Source: Thermoanaerobaculia bacterium
GTDB lineage: Bacteria; Acidobacteriota; Thermoanaerobaculia; Multivoradales; Multivoraceae
Length of the DNA stretch: 64,000 bases
Assembly (NCBI GenBank): GCA_963664405.1
Contig: OY761158.1
Location: 6,432,001 to 6,496,000 of the forward strand
Direction: 5' to 3'
Shown: in pieces, positions 10,352-23,652 of the stretch
How the letters are laid out: every line of letters begins with the position of its first letter
Position numbering within the stretch: position 1 is the first letter of the stretch
Notes under the pieces: model-generated
Seen by the model: only the letters and a program-made list of their open reading frames with translations
The model's database searches: none
What the model was told of the DNA's origin: nothing
Program-made: the position numbers and the translations under genes

Positions 10352-11200
10352 ATGACCGGACCGTTGATCTCTGCCGCGGAGCTGTCGGCCTATGAAGGTG
10401 ATCTACGCCTGATCGATGTGCGTGGGCAGGGCAGAGATGCCTACGGGGAAGGACACCTGGTGGGGGCGATCTTCGCCAGTCCCGATGAAGATCTCGCGGC
10501 TCCAGTCGAAGATGCTGCCGCCGGCGGTCGACATCCTCTGCCGTCGCTCGAGGCATGGGCCGCGACCCTGGGCCGATGGCGGGTATCTCCCTCGACCTTC
10601 GTCGTCGCCTATGACGATGCCGGCGGCGCTCATGCCGCCTGTCGCGCCTGGTGGATGATTCGCGCGATCGGGCATCGCGAGGTCGCGGTGCTCGATGGCG
10701 GGCTCGAGGCGGCTCGCCATGCCGGTCTCGAGGTCTCGACCGATGACGTGTCTGTGTCTCCGCTTGGCCCGCACCCGCTCCCGGAGAGCGGGAACTGGGC
10801 TCTTCCCACTTTGGGTATCGAAGAGGTGGAAGAGCATCGCCTCGATGTGGACAAGTGTCTGATCGACGTGCGAGCCGCGCCGCGATTCCGTGGCGAGGAG
10901 GACACCTTCGAGCCCATCGCCGGCCACATTCCAGGCGCCAGAAACCTTCCCTATCCTCAGAATCTGGGCGCGGACGGGTGCTTCCTGCCCCGAGAGGAGC
11001 TGCGCAGTCTCTATGAGGGGCTGCTCGATGGTTGTGCCGCCGACGTCGCGGCGGTCTACTGTGGCTCGGGTGTCACCGCCTGCCACACCCTTCTCGCGCT
11101 GGAGCAGGCAGGGCTCGAGGGGGCGAGTCTCTACGTCGGCTCGTGGAGTGAGTGGTCGAGAAGCGGCCGGCCGAAAGGCCGAGTGCTGCGCAGTTCATGA
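10352..11200 (+). CDS. Tandem-rhodanese sulfurtransferase (SseA/MST-like)
   Basis: GRHPLP, LDGG, GHIPGA, active-site YCGSGVTAC, LYVGSWSEW. Confidence 0.93.
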   Translation: MTGPLISAAELSAYEGDLRLIDVRGQGRDAYGEGHLVGAIFASPDEDLAAPVEDAAAGGRHPLPSLEAWAATLGRWRVSPSTFVVAYDDAGGAHAACRAWWMIRAIGHREVAVLDGGLEAARHAGLEVSTDDVSVSPLGPHPLPESGNWALPTLGIEEVEEHRLDVDKCLIDVRAAPRFRGEEDTFEPIAGHIPGARNLPYPQNLGADGCFLPREELRSLYEGLLDGCAADVAAVYCGSGVTACHTLLALEQAGLEGASLYVGSWSEWSRSGRPKGRVLRSS

Positions 11201-11201
11201 G

Positions 11202-11235
11202 AAAAAAAACGGCCGACCCCGAAGGGCCGGCCGTT
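11202..11235 (-). terminator. Intrinsic terminator for groESL (possibly bidirectional)
   Basis: GC-rich hairpin AACGGCCGACCC-CGAA-GGGCCGGCCGTT next to an 8-nt A run (U tract on minus strand). Confidence 0.8.
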
Positions 11236-11275
11236 AAACCGATGAGATCAAATCTCAGAGAGCTGGAAGGCTGGA

Positions 11276-12979
<1,704 letters not shown>

Positions 12980-13267
12980 CTACCCGACGATGGCGAGGAC
13001 TTCGTCCTCACGCAGAACGACGTAGTCTTCGCCTTCGACCTTGATGTCGCTTCCGGAATACTTGCCGACGAGCACTTTGTCGCCGACGCTGACATCCATT
13101 GCCTGGCGGGTGCCGTCTTCGTTGAGCTTGCCGGGGCCGACCGCGACAACCTCAGCTTCTTGCGGCTTCTCTTTGGCGGTATCGGGAATGATGATGCCGC
13201 CGCTTAGCTGCTCCTCTTCGTCGAGGCGCTTGATCAGAATGCGGTCTTGAAGTGGACGAATGTTCAC
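12980..13267 (-). CDS. groES: Co-chaperonin GroES
   Basis: IRPLQDR, GGIIIPDTAKEKP; GTG start with upstream AGGAG. Confidence 0.97.
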   Translation of the reverse strand: MNIRPLQDRILIKRLDEEEQLSGGIIIPDTAKEKPQEAEVVAVGPGKLNEDGTRQAMDVSVGDKVLVGKYSGSDIKVEGEDYVVLREDEVLAIVG

Positions 13268-13325
13268 TACTTCACTCCTTGTTGTTGTTGATTCCAACGG
13301 ACTGAGGTCAGGGGGCAGGAGGTGC

Positions 13326-13386
13326 CTTACCAGCACTCCTCTCCGATGAGTGCTGGTAAGTGTAGCTTCTGGGCGCCGCATGTCAA
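13326..13386 (-). promoter_or_regulatory. groESL sigma70-type promoter with CIRCE (HrcA operator)
   Basis: Minus strand TTGACA (13381-13386), 16 nt, TACACT (13359-13364); CCAGCACTC-N9-GAGTGCTGG at 13330-13356, extended to a perfect 13-bp inverted repeat. Confidence 0.88.
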
Positions 13387-13460
13387 GGCCGAAAGTGGGT
13401 GTCGCCTGCGAGTAGGATAGTGGGGCCGCGGCAATCGCGGTGATGGCGCGGAGGTTGTGC

Positions 13461-14501
13461 GTGTTACCGGTACCTCTATTCTTCAGTCCGGCCAACGCGG
13501 AGAGTTGGAGCTACAGTCCGAATGCTGGCGACCTGTTCGTTGCCGCGCGAAGTTGGGCGTCTCGCCATCGGATCTCGCCGTCGGCTGCGGACTCGGTGCA
13601 CACCCTACTTCTTCTTGTCGATCTGCAGAAGGACTTCTGTCTCCCGCAAGGCTCTCTCTATGTCGGCGGCAGGAGCGGCAGAGGGGCAGTGGAGGACAAT
13701 CAGCGCTTGTGCTCGTTTGTCTACCGCAATCTCGCCGATATCAGCGAGACCCTCAGCACGCTCGATAGTCATCTGCCTCATCAGATCTTTTTCCCGTCGT
13801 TCTGGCTCGACGAGGCGGGCGAGCCGGTGCCGGCTCATACGATCGTGAGCGTCCGGGATGTGCGCGAGGGAAAGTTCAGGCCTCGCGAAGAGCTCGCCGC
13901 GTGGCTCGCCGGCGGCGACGAGGGATGGCTGCGGCGCCAGGCGCAGGCCTACTGCGATGAGCTCGAGGCCAGGGGGCGCTACTCGCTCTATCTGTGGCCT
14001 CCTCATTGTCTCGTAGGCAGCGCCGGGCACGGCTTTGCCGGTGTCGTCGAGGAGGCGCGTCTGTTTCATGCCTATGCGCGAGGGGCGGAGGCCGGGCTCG
14101 TGTTCAAAGGGTTGAGTCCGCTGACCGAGCATTATTCCGTGCTGGGGCCGGAGATTCTGCTCGCCCACGACGGGAGTGCTCTCGCCGAGGCGGAGGGAGG
14201 TGTGCTCGACCGTCTTCTTGCTGCCGACCGCTTGGTGGTGGCGGGCCAGGCATCGAGTCACTGTGTCAAGAGCACTCTCGAAGACCTTTTGGCCGCGATA
14301 GAGGAGAGGGGCTCAGCCCTGGCGAGGCGCGTCTACCTTCTGGAGGACTGTATGTCGGCGGTCGTGGTGCCGTCACCGACGGCGGGGGCGGAGCCCCTCG
14401 CCGACTTCAGTGAGCAGGCCGAGGGAGTGCTCGACAGGTGTCGGCAGGCCGGGATGCACGTGGTAGCTTCCACCGATCCTATGGACGCCTGGCCGCAATG
14501 A
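13461..14501 (+). CDS. Nicotinamidase/isochorismatase-family cysteine hydrolase
   Basis: LLVDLQKDFC, TLDSH, WPPHC, GQASSHCV; GGAGG 6 nt before GTG 13461. Confidence 0.85.
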   Translation: MLPVPLFFSPANAESWSYSPNAGDLFVAARSWASRHRISPSAADSVHTLLLLVDLQKDFCLPQGSLYVGGRSGRGAVEDNQRLCSFVYRNLADISETLSTLDSHLPHQIFFPSFWLDEAGEPVPAHTIVSVRDVREGKFRPREELAAWLAGGDEGWLRRQAQAYCDELEARGRYSLYLWPPHCLVGSAGHGFAGVVEEARLFHAYARGAEAGLVFKGLSPLTEHYSVLGPEILLAHDGSALAEAEGGVLDRLLAADRLVVAGQASSHCVKSTLEDLLAAIEERGSALARRVYLLEDCMSAVVVPSPTAGAEPLADFSEQAEGVLDRCRQAGMHVVASTDPMDAWPQ

Positions 14502-15472
14502 AGCTCAGCGAGATCCTGGCTGAATTGCCCGTCACCGAGGCGCCTCGGGTGGCCTCTGCTCTTGCGCTGATGCGTCGGCAGGCCTTGGCCTCAGCGAGAC
14601 TCCAAGGCCGCGTCGAGGCTCTTCTCAAGGAAGACAGCTCGCCGGTGACGGTGGTCGATCTATTGCATCAGACTCAGGTGCAACAGCTACTTCGACGGGA
14701 GTTCCCCGTCGATGCTCTTCTCTGTGAGGAGCCGCGCTCGCTCCAGGAGCGCGTCTTGGGCGAGGCCGTGGCACTGTCGAGGGAAGAGTACGGGATCGAG
14801 CTCGAAGCCGAGATTGCCGAGCTGCCATCGGCGGGGGAGAGGGTGTGGATCCTCGACCCGATCGACGGTACCAAAGGGTTTGTCGCTGGACGCTACTTCG
14901 CGATCGCGCTGGGCTACTTCCTCGGCTCAGCGCCCTATTTTGGTGCTATGGCAGTTCCCGCGAGTGGGAGCACGGACGCGTTGGCCATCGATCGCAGTCT
15001 GGCCTTCTCGGTATCCGGCGTCGGCGCCTATGTGTGCGGCCTCGATGATCCCGATGAGGGTGGGTGGGAGGTGCTGCGTTTGAAGGAGTCTTCTCAGGCC
15101 GGCCCGATTCGCGTCGCGGTTTCGCTGGCGCATGGCGGTCCGTTGAGCGACCGCGTTCGGGGGAGCTCCGAGCTGGAGGTCGTGGCTCTCGACAGCCAGG
15201 CGAAGTATCTGGCGGTAGCGACAGGCGAGATCGACGCCTACGTTCGGGCAGCGAGGGATGACGGTCAGTCGGATGTGATCTGGGATCATATGCCGGGCGC
15301 GCTGGTGGCAGCCGGCGCAGGCTGCACGGTCCACCACTTCGATGGTGACGACGTCACGTTCGTCGCAGCCGAGACAGTGGCCTTCCGCGGGGGCGTGGTG
15401 TGCTCTCGTGATCGGGTCGACGGCAGTGTCTCGCGTGCGCTCAGGGGCCTGGTCGCTCCCTCGGGAGCCTGA
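14498..15472 (+). CDS. 3'(2'),5'-bisphosphate nucleotidase, HAL2/CysQ-like inositol monophosphatase family
   Basis: KEDSSPVTVVD, CEE, WILDPIDGTKGF, DSQAKY, IWDH. Confidence 0.85.
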   Translation: MKLSEILAELPVTEAPRVASALALMRRQALASARLQGRVEALLKEDSSPVTVVDLLHQTQVQQLLRREFPVDALLCEEPRSLQERVLGEAVALSREEYGIELEAEIAELPSAGERVWILDPIDGTKGFVAGRYFAIALGYFLGSAPYFGAMAVPASGSTDALAIDRSLAFSVSGVGAYVCGLDDPDEGGWEVLRLKESSQAGPIRVAVSLAHGGPLSDRVRGSSELEVVALDSQAKYLAVATGEIDAYVRAARDDGQSDVIWDHMPGALVAAGAGCTVHHFDGDDVTFVAAETVAFRGGVVCSRDRVDGSVSRALRGLVAPSGA

Positions 15473-15702
15473 GGATCGATCGAGGGTGGCTGCCTCCCTG
15501 GCTGGCGTAGGCATTGTGTTCGCAGTATACGGGCGCGAGACTAATATTGTGGACCCTATTATATGTTGATCAAAGTATCAGATTTATCTGATGCCCGGGA
15601 ATTAATGTCCTACTCCCCCTGTTGCTGAGTCTGATTGGGGCCGAGAGAGATGAATGGCCCAACCAGCGAAGAATCAGCACAACTGCAACAGGAGGAATGG
15701 AA

Positions 15703-16152
15703 ATGACAGGAACACATCTCGTACGCAGGCAGCCTCGGGATCTCGAGCACTTCGGCAGCCTCTTTGACCGCGTCTTCAGGGAATCCGCTCTCTCCGGCTG
15801 GGGAGACACTGCCTCTGAGGGTCTCGCGTCCTGGTCGCCGGCTGTGGACGTTTTCGAGGACGACGGGGCATACACCTTTCGCGCCGATCTTCCCGGCCTC
15901 GACAAGAAGGACGTCAATGTGAGCTTCGAGGACAATGTCCTCACCCTCGCTGGAGAGCGGCACTTCGAGGAGAAGGAGGACCAGGGTCAGTATCGTCGCT
16001 TGGAGCGACGCTACGGCAAGTTCACACGCTCTTTCTCACTTCCCGGGCAGATTGAATCATCGAAGGTCGATGCTTCCTTCACGGATGGCGTTCTCGCGGT
16101 GCGAGTACCGAAGACGGAGGCCGCCAAGGCACGCAAGATCAAGATCCAGTAA
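15703..16152 (+). CDS. Hsp20/alpha-crystallin small heat-shock protein
   Basis: WSPAVDV, DLPG, ERRYGKFTRSFSLP, ASFTDGVL, C-terminal IKI; GGAGG at 15691. Confidence 0.93.
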   Translation: MTGTHLVRRQPRDLEHFGSLFDRVFRESALSGWGDTASEGLASWSPAVDVFEDDGAYTFRADLPGLDKKDVNVSFEDNVLTLAGERHFEEKEDQGQYRRLERRYGKFTRSFSLPGQIESSKVDASFTDGVLAVRVPKTEAAKARKIKIQ

Positions 16153-16178
16153 TTGGCGGCAAACGCCGTTCCAATCGA

Positions 16179-16212
16179 GGCCCTGCCTTTCTCGAGGCAG
16201 GGCCCTTTTTTT
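16179..16212 (+). terminator. Intrinsic terminator after hsp20
   Basis: GGCCCTGCCT-loop-AGGCAGGGCC followed by a T run. Confidence 0.85.
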
Positions 16213-16280
16213 GGGTTTGTCGAGCTTGGGCAATTGATGAAGCTCCGAATACGGCGCCGCAAAGCTAGAATAGGTCCGCC

Positions 16281-18338
<2,058 letters not shown>

Positions 18339-18343
18339 TCGGC

Positions 18344-18587
18344 CTAGACCAGCGTTTCCGAAGTTCGAGTCGCATAGCTCGAGGTCATTCTGTTCGCTGG
18401 CTAGGAGCCTGCGAAGCAGGCGAGTAGTTCTCAGGCGGGGATGGGCCGGAGAACGGGCCGCAGGTCCGTTTTCCGGGGCGAGGCGCGCCGACGCAGGCAT
18501 ATTGGGAATCTGTCGAGGAGGTGCAACGCTGCCAGCGGGCAGAAGGGGCCGAGATAAGTGGCGCGAACTTTGGAAACGCTGGTCTAG
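18344..18587. mobile_element. CTAG-flanked palindromic MITE-like element, copy 1 (244 bp including both CTAG)
   Basis: Ends CTAGACCAGCGTTTCC...GGAAACGCTGGTCTAG; close homologue at 29667-29922; no transposase. Confidence 0.85.
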
Positions 18588-19903
18588 TTGCCGCCGATGT
18601 AGCCGAGGCTGCGGAGCTGGTCGGTGTCCTCGGGGCTGAGCTCGCCGTGACGTTGCTCGAACTTCGGAAGCTCCTTGTACCAGTCGGAGAGGATACGGCC
18701 GAGCGAAGGGCGCTGCTCCACCGGGGGTTTCTCGAGAGGACTGAGCTCCGCGGCGTCGTTGGTCAGATCGTAGTAGCGAAGCTTGCGACTGCTGAAGTCG
18801 TAGATGGCCTTGAGCTCCTGGGTCTGGGCGCTGATCGCGAGAGGGTGGTTGTAGGTCGAGCGCCCCTTCTTGGTCAGCGCCGTCGCGCGCTCTCCGACCG
18901 AATATCGCAACGGGGCTCGATCCTCGCCCGGTGTCGACCAAGAGCTCGAAAGACTGTGCCCCGAGGCCTCTTCCAGGGGCGGCAGGCCCAACACGTCGAG
19001 GATGGTCGGAGCTACGTCGACGATCGAGGCTGGAGTTGTGATGCGACGACCCTGCGGAATGCCGGGGCCCTTGATGATCAGAGGGATCCTGAGGTTTGGC
19101 CAGTGGGTGTTCTTGCCGTGCCCCCAGTAACCGTGCTCGCCGAAACTCTCGCCATGGTCGCTGAGGAATACGACCACGGTGTTGTCCATATCGAGGTGCT
19201 TGGCTACTCCCTCCAGTAGACGGCCGATCCAGTCATCGGTGAAAGCGACCTCGCTGGCATACCTCCATCGTTTCTCCCAACCGCGCTGTCGCTCTTCTTT
19301 GGGCGGCCGTTCTTTGGCGTGGGGCTTCTTGAGATCAAAGGGGCTGTGCGGCTCGCTGTAGTGAACCCACAGCAGCACGGGCTTGGAGGCGTCCTGCTTC
19401 GCGAGCCAGCGGAGTGCCACTCCGGTTACCGTCTTGGCGTCACGCTCGACCGCTCCGAAGGCGTTGCGCTCGAGGTTGAACTCTTCGTCGAATATCTCGA
19501 AGCCACGCCCCACACCGGAAAGTCGATCTCTCAGAGTCCAGTTGGTGACGAAGGCGCCTGTCGCGTAGCCTCGCTCCGCCAACACTACCGGCAGCACCTC
19601 GACGTCCTGGCGCATCCGCACGCCGTTGCGACGAGCTCCATGACTCGGCGGGTGTAGCGAAGAGAAGAGGGACGCGAAGGAGGGGCCAGTCTTCCCGATC
19701 ACACTGAGAGTGTCGGCGAAGAGAACGCCCTCGTCGCCGATGGCGTCAATATTCGGGCTGATGTCTTCGCTGTATCCGTAGCAGCCGAGAAAGTCAGCTC
19801 GTAGCGTGTCGACTGTCACCAGTAGGAGGTGAGGCTCCTCGGCGGCGACTCCGTCGGCGAAGAACACGGAGATGGCAAGCGAGACAAGAAATAGGCTCCG
19901 CAT
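18584..19903 (-). CDS. Exported sulfatase-like hydrolase (alkaline phosphatase superfamily)
   Basis: Signal peptide, VTVDTLRAD, HYSEPHSP, SDHGE, C-terminal LRSLGY; lacks canonical CxPxR. Confidence 0.85.
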   Translation of the reverse strand: MRSLFLVSLAISVFFADGVAAEEPHLLLVTVDTLRADFLGCYGYSEDISPNIDAIGDEGVLFADTLSVIGKTGPSFASLFSSLHPPSHGARRNGVRMRQDVEVLPVVLAERGYATGAFVTNWTLRDRLSGVGRGFEIFDEEFNLERNAFGAVERDAKTVTGVALRWLAKQDASKPVLLWVHYSEPHSPFDLKKPHAKERPPKEERQRGWEKRWRYASEVAFTDDWIGRLLEGVAKHLDMDNTVVVFLSDHGESFGEHGYWGHGKNTHWPNLRIPLIIKGPGIPQGRRITTPASIVDVAPTILDVLGLPPLEEASGHSLSSSWSTPGEDRAPLRYSVGERATALTKKGRSTYNHPLAISAQTQELKAIYDFSSRKLRYYDLTNDAAELSPLEKPPVEQRPSLGRILSDWYKELPKFEQRHGELSPEDTDQLRSLGYIGGN

Positions 19904-19908
19904 GGCGC

Positions 19909-20862
19909 TCACGCTTTCGACAGAGTCGCACCGAGAGCTTGCGCCTCTTCGACCGTATCGATGTCCCTGGCGATGGAGAGGGCATTCTTCAGAGGCAGGT
20001 AGGTTCGGCGCTGTGGATGACGCTTGCGGTGCCGGCGCCTGACGAACATCTGTCGTAACGCGTCTTCCAGCTCTTCCCGCGTGATGACACCTCGTCGCAG
20101 CCGGTCCGCGGCCCTGACGCCACTTCGCACGACGTCCCAGGTGAGAGTGGGTAGACGCCCCGAGGTGATGTGGAGAAAGTCCTGTCGCACCAGGCTCCAA
20201 AGGACGTGGCGCAGGATGTAGGAGCGTCGATATCGGATCGGCCGGTTCCGCGTGCTATAGGCGAGGTCGAAAAGGCGATAGAGGAAGGCGAGTCGCAGGC
20301 TCGTAGGGTCGACGATGGCGAGGTGCCCGGGAAGGATGCTGCAAGCGGTCTTTCCGGGCTCCGGAACGACGCGGTAGCGCGGCTTCCAGTCGGAGGCGCC
20401 CAGGTTTCCGGTGCCCTCAGTCAAGATCAAGGGGAACCAGAGGTCCAAAGGCACCGCGCTCCAGTAGTCGTCGAGAAGCTCACTGAGCTCGCCCAAGTCG
20501 GGAAGGACGTCGCAGGTGATGAAGGCCACGTGCTGCCCGGGGCATTCGTTTATCACCGTTTCGAGTGCGATCTGGATGTTTTCGCCGAAGCTACGGTCGG
20601 TGTCGATGAGGCGCAGAGGGTTCTCGGCGCGACTGTAGACGGGCGCCGGCCCCGCGACATAAATCGGGCCGAAGGCGCCGCAGCTCTCGAGCCGCTCGAC
20701 CAGGTTGTCGATGAGGTAACGGCCCGCAAGCATTATATCGATCCCCTTGCACCCCGACAGCGGGTGTTTGTCGCGCCCCTGTGGGGGCAGCGACGCTGGT
20801 GTTTTGTCGCTTCCGCCGAGGATAATCAGCGGGATTGCTTGGCGAGAAGGAGAGCCCGACAC
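19909..20862 (-). CDS. Nucleotidyltransferase-like (MobA/NTP_transf fold) protein
   Basis: N-terminal IILGG...KG motif, ITCDVL, C-terminal DIDT; resemblance only. Confidence 0.55.
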   Translation of the reverse strand: MSGSPSRQAIPLIILGGSDKTPASLPPQGRDKHPLSGCKGIDIMLAGRYLIDNLVERLESCGAFGPIYVAGPAPVYSRAENPLRLIDTDRSFGENIQIALETVINECPGQHVAFITCDVLPDLGELSELLDDYWSAVPLDLWFPLILTEGTGNLGASDWKPRYRVVPEPGKTACSILPGHLAIVDPTSLRLAFLYRLFDLAYSTRNRPIRYRRSYILRHVLWSLVRQDFLHITSGRLPTLTWDVVRSGVRAADRLRRGVITREELEDALRQMFVRRRHRKRHPQRRTYLPLKNALSIARDIDTVEEAQALGATLSKA

Positions 20863-20994
20863 GGGTATAGTGCTCCGCGCGTGAACATAGCGTCATGTTC
20901 CGCCCGGTGCAACAACTTCTCTGTGCCGGGTCGCGGATTTCTCGGTGGAGCTCGGCTGCTAAGCTCGGCTCGAGCTGTGGAATCCCGAGAGTAG

Positions 20995-22128
20995 GTGCGG
21001 TCGCTGTCTATTCGTTCGATAACGAGCACCGCCGAGCTGAAGCTGGCGTCTGCCGATTGGTCGGAGGAGCCCTGCCTCGGCCTGGATACCGAGTTTGTTC
21101 GTACGCGCACCTTCTACGCGCGCCTCGGCCTGGTGCAGATCGCATCGAGCAGCGGCGTGTATCTACTCGATACTGTCGCAGTAGAGGACATCTCGTCGCT
21201 CGATGGGGTGCTTCAAGTACCGACAACCGAGAGGATTCTCCACTCTTGCGGCGAGGATCTGGGGATCTTCATACAGTGTTTCGGTCACTTGCCGAAATCG
21301 GTCTTCGACACCCAGATCGCGGCAGCATTGGTTGGCCTGGGCTTCTCTCTGAGCTACCAGAATCTCGTCGAGCGCGAGCTGGGAGTGCGATTGGAGAAGG
21401 AAGAGACTCGCTCGAACTGGACTCGTCGTCCCCTATCGTCGGCCCAGCTCGAATACGCGGCGAAGGACGTCGAGCATCTACTTGCACTTCACGATCTCCT
21501 GAGTGAGCGCTTGAGTGAGCTTGGTCGCGACGCTTGGGCCGCTGAGGAGTTCGGGCGCCTCTTGGAGCCCGAGCGCTATTCAGTCGAGCCGGCTGATGCG
21601 TGGCGCCGAGTCAAGGGGGCGGGCACTCTCGACTCTAAAGGCTTGGCGACTCTTCAATTGCTGGCCGAGTGGCGTGAAGAGGAGGCCAAACGTCGCGATC
21701 TGGCTCGCCCCTTTGTCGTTCGAGACCGAGCGCTTATGGCTCTGGCTCAGCGCCGCCCGCAGCGCATGGACCAGCTGCGACAGGTTTCCGAGTTGGAGGC
21801 GCCGGATCGCCGGCGGCATGCCCGGGCGCTCTTGGACCGCATTGAGGCTGCGAGCCGGATCGCGGTCGGTGATCTTCCTCGGCGTGAGCGTCGGCCGCCG
21901 CGGGTTCCCGGTATGACCGACCTGGTCAAGGGACTGCAGGAGCTCGTGGCCGGTATTGGTAAGGACATGGCCGTTGCCCCAGAGCTGCTCGCCCAACGGC
22001 GGGTACTCGTTCGTCTGGTGCAGGATTATCTCGGTCTCCGCTCGCGGGAGCTCCCGAAGGAGCTTCTCGGATGGAGACGCGAGGTTGTAGGGCTGCCTTG
22101 CCTTTCCTATCTCGACTCTCACTCCTAA
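20995..22128 (+). CDS. rnd: Ribonuclease D
   Basis: LDTEF, FDTQIAA, NWTRRPLS, YAAKDV exonuclease motifs plus HRDC domain. Confidence 0.93.
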   Translation: MRSLSIRSITSTAELKLASADWSEEPCLGLDTEFVRTRTFYARLGLVQIASSSGVYLLDTVAVEDISSLDGVLQVPTTERILHSCGEDLGIFIQCFGHLPKSVFDTQIAAALVGLGFSLSYQNLVERELGVRLEKEETRSNWTRRPLSSAQLEYAAKDVEHLLALHDLLSERLSELGRDAWAAEEFGRLLEPERYSVEPADAWRRVKGAGTLDSKGLATLQLLAEWREEEAKRRDLARPFVVRDRALMALAQRRPQRMDQLRQVSELEAPDRRRHARALLDRIEAASRIAVGDLPRRERRPPRVPGMTDLVKGLQELVAGIGKDMAVAPELLAQRRVLVRLVQDYLGLRSRELPKELLGWRREVVGLPCLSYLDSHS

Positions 22129-22234
22129 GAGGTCGTCGCGAGTCGCTGAGCGGACCGGGCTGGCCCGATGCTTGCAAAAAGGCCAGAAGGACAGAGTGTT
22201 GGGGCGACCGTAAATGGCCTGTTACGAACGAGCT

Positions 22235-23623
22235 ATGCCAAATTGGCGCACGTGGGGCGTGGTTTCCGTCGCCTGCATGGCCGTCCTAGTCTGTTCGTCC
22301 CTCCATGCTTCGGACGCTGAGATCGCTCGATTGCTTCAGGAAGCGGGTCTGCGACCCGTCGAGCCACCCAGTGCCGCCGAGGATGTCGCGCTGCCGGATT
22401 TGAGTGGCGCAGTCGTCTCACTCTCCGAGTTTTCAGGCTCTTGGCTCCTTTTGACCTTCTGGGCGACGTGGTGCGGTCCCTGCGTCCACGAGATGCCGAG
22501 TCTCGAGGCGCTGCACCGGGAGTTGAGCGGGGAGGGCTTTCTTGTCGTCGGTGTTTCTGTTGACTCGCCAGGTGCTCCTGTTGGGGAGTTTGCCGAGCGG
22601 CATCAGCTCAGCTTTCCGCTGCTTTTGGATCAGGGCAAGACCGCAGCGCAGCTCTACCATGCCAGCAGCATTCCGTTGAGCTACCTGATCGATCCCGCGG
22701 GGCGAATCGTCGGTGTGTCCTTGGGCGCTCGCGACTGGCGTCGCGATCAAGGGCTCCTCGAGGCGGTGATGGAGGCGGGAGCGAGCCGCTCCGTTGAGTT
22801 GGCCTGGTCGCGACGGGCGGTCCCGGTAGCGTTGCCTGTTTCCCTGGTTCCGCCGACGGCGGAGGTTGCCCTAGGCAAAGCGTCGCCGCAAGTGGGCGAG
22901 ACTTTCCCTCTCGATATTCGAGTTCGCTGGGATGGCGATCTGGAGGACTACATTCTCAAGCCGCCGAAGGTTTTGCTGCCGGACGGCGTCGAGCAGGTCT
23001 CGCTCTCCGGCTCCTCGTCGAGCGAGACGGGTGCGCAGATCGTTACTTACCGAGCCGTGCTTCGAGGACTCGAAGCGGGCGATTACGCTCTGGGTCCAGT
23101 CGAGCTGCGCTACACGCCTCGTTTCGAGCAGAGTCCGGTGAGCGCTCGCGTAGAGGGCCCGCGAGTGCAGGTCCTTGCTCCAGCCTCGCCTTTTTCCGGA
23201 GTTGGACTTGTGATGACGGGCGCGCTTGGAGCCGTGGTGCTGGTGGCGCTGGTCCTCATCAGACGGCGCCGGCGCGGCGGTGATAACGAGAGTCCAGTCG
23301 ATGAGCTCACCCAACTGCAGGGCGTTCTCGATGGAGCAAAGCGCTCGCGCATGGACGGCGACGCCGCCTCCTGCGTCGAGTCCCTGCTCGAGGTGTGCTC
23401 GACCCTGGGTGAGGAAGACGAGACCTCGGAGGCACTGAGCGCTCAGCTTAGGGAACTGTTGGAGCGGGTTCGTTTCGGAGGCGCTCGCCCCGCAGTCTCC
23501 GAGCTCGACAGATTGGAGCGCCAGGTGGAGCTACGGGTGCGATCGTTGAGCCCCCATCCCGAGGACAAGAGGCTGGAGCGAGTTCGCTATGTCGCCGATG
23601 AGGCTGAGCTTTCGGGTCGTTAA
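22235..23623 (+). CDS. TlpA-family redoxin fused to a BatD-like domain and C-terminal TM helix
   Basis: Signal peptide, FWATWCGPCVHEMP, Ig-like segment (GDYALGPVELRY), TM helix followed by RRRRR. Confidence 0.78.
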   Translation: MPNWRTWGVVSVACMAVLVCSSLHASDAEIARLLQEAGLRPVEPPSAAEDVALPDLSGAVVSLSEFSGSWLLLTFWATWCGPCVHEMPSLEALHRELSGEGFLVVGVSVDSPGAPVGEFAERHQLSFPLLLDQGKTAAQLYHASSIPLSYLIDPAGRIVGVSLGARDWRRDQGLLEAVMEAGASRSVELAWSRRAVPVALPVSLVPPTAEVALGKASPQVGETFPLDIRVRWDGDLEDYILKPPKVLLPDGVEQVSLSGSSSSETGAQIVTYRAVLRGLEAGDYALGPVELRYTPRFEQSPVSARVEGPRVQVLAPASPFSGVGLVMTGALGAVVLVALVLIRRRRRGGDNESPVDELTQLQGVLDGAKRSRMDGDAASCVESLLEVCSTLGEEDETSEALSAQLRELLERVRFGGARPAVSELDRLERQVELRVRSLSPHPEDKRLERVRYVADEAELSGR

Positions 23624-23652
23624 TTTCGCAGAGTGAACAGAGGGAGAGTGTA

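Noticed and set aside
15577-15592. Palindrome ATCAGA-TTTA-TCTGAT and a weak sigma32-like pattern upstream of hsp20
   Set aside because: Only 6-bp arms, matches neither CIRCE nor the lon palindrome; too weak to call
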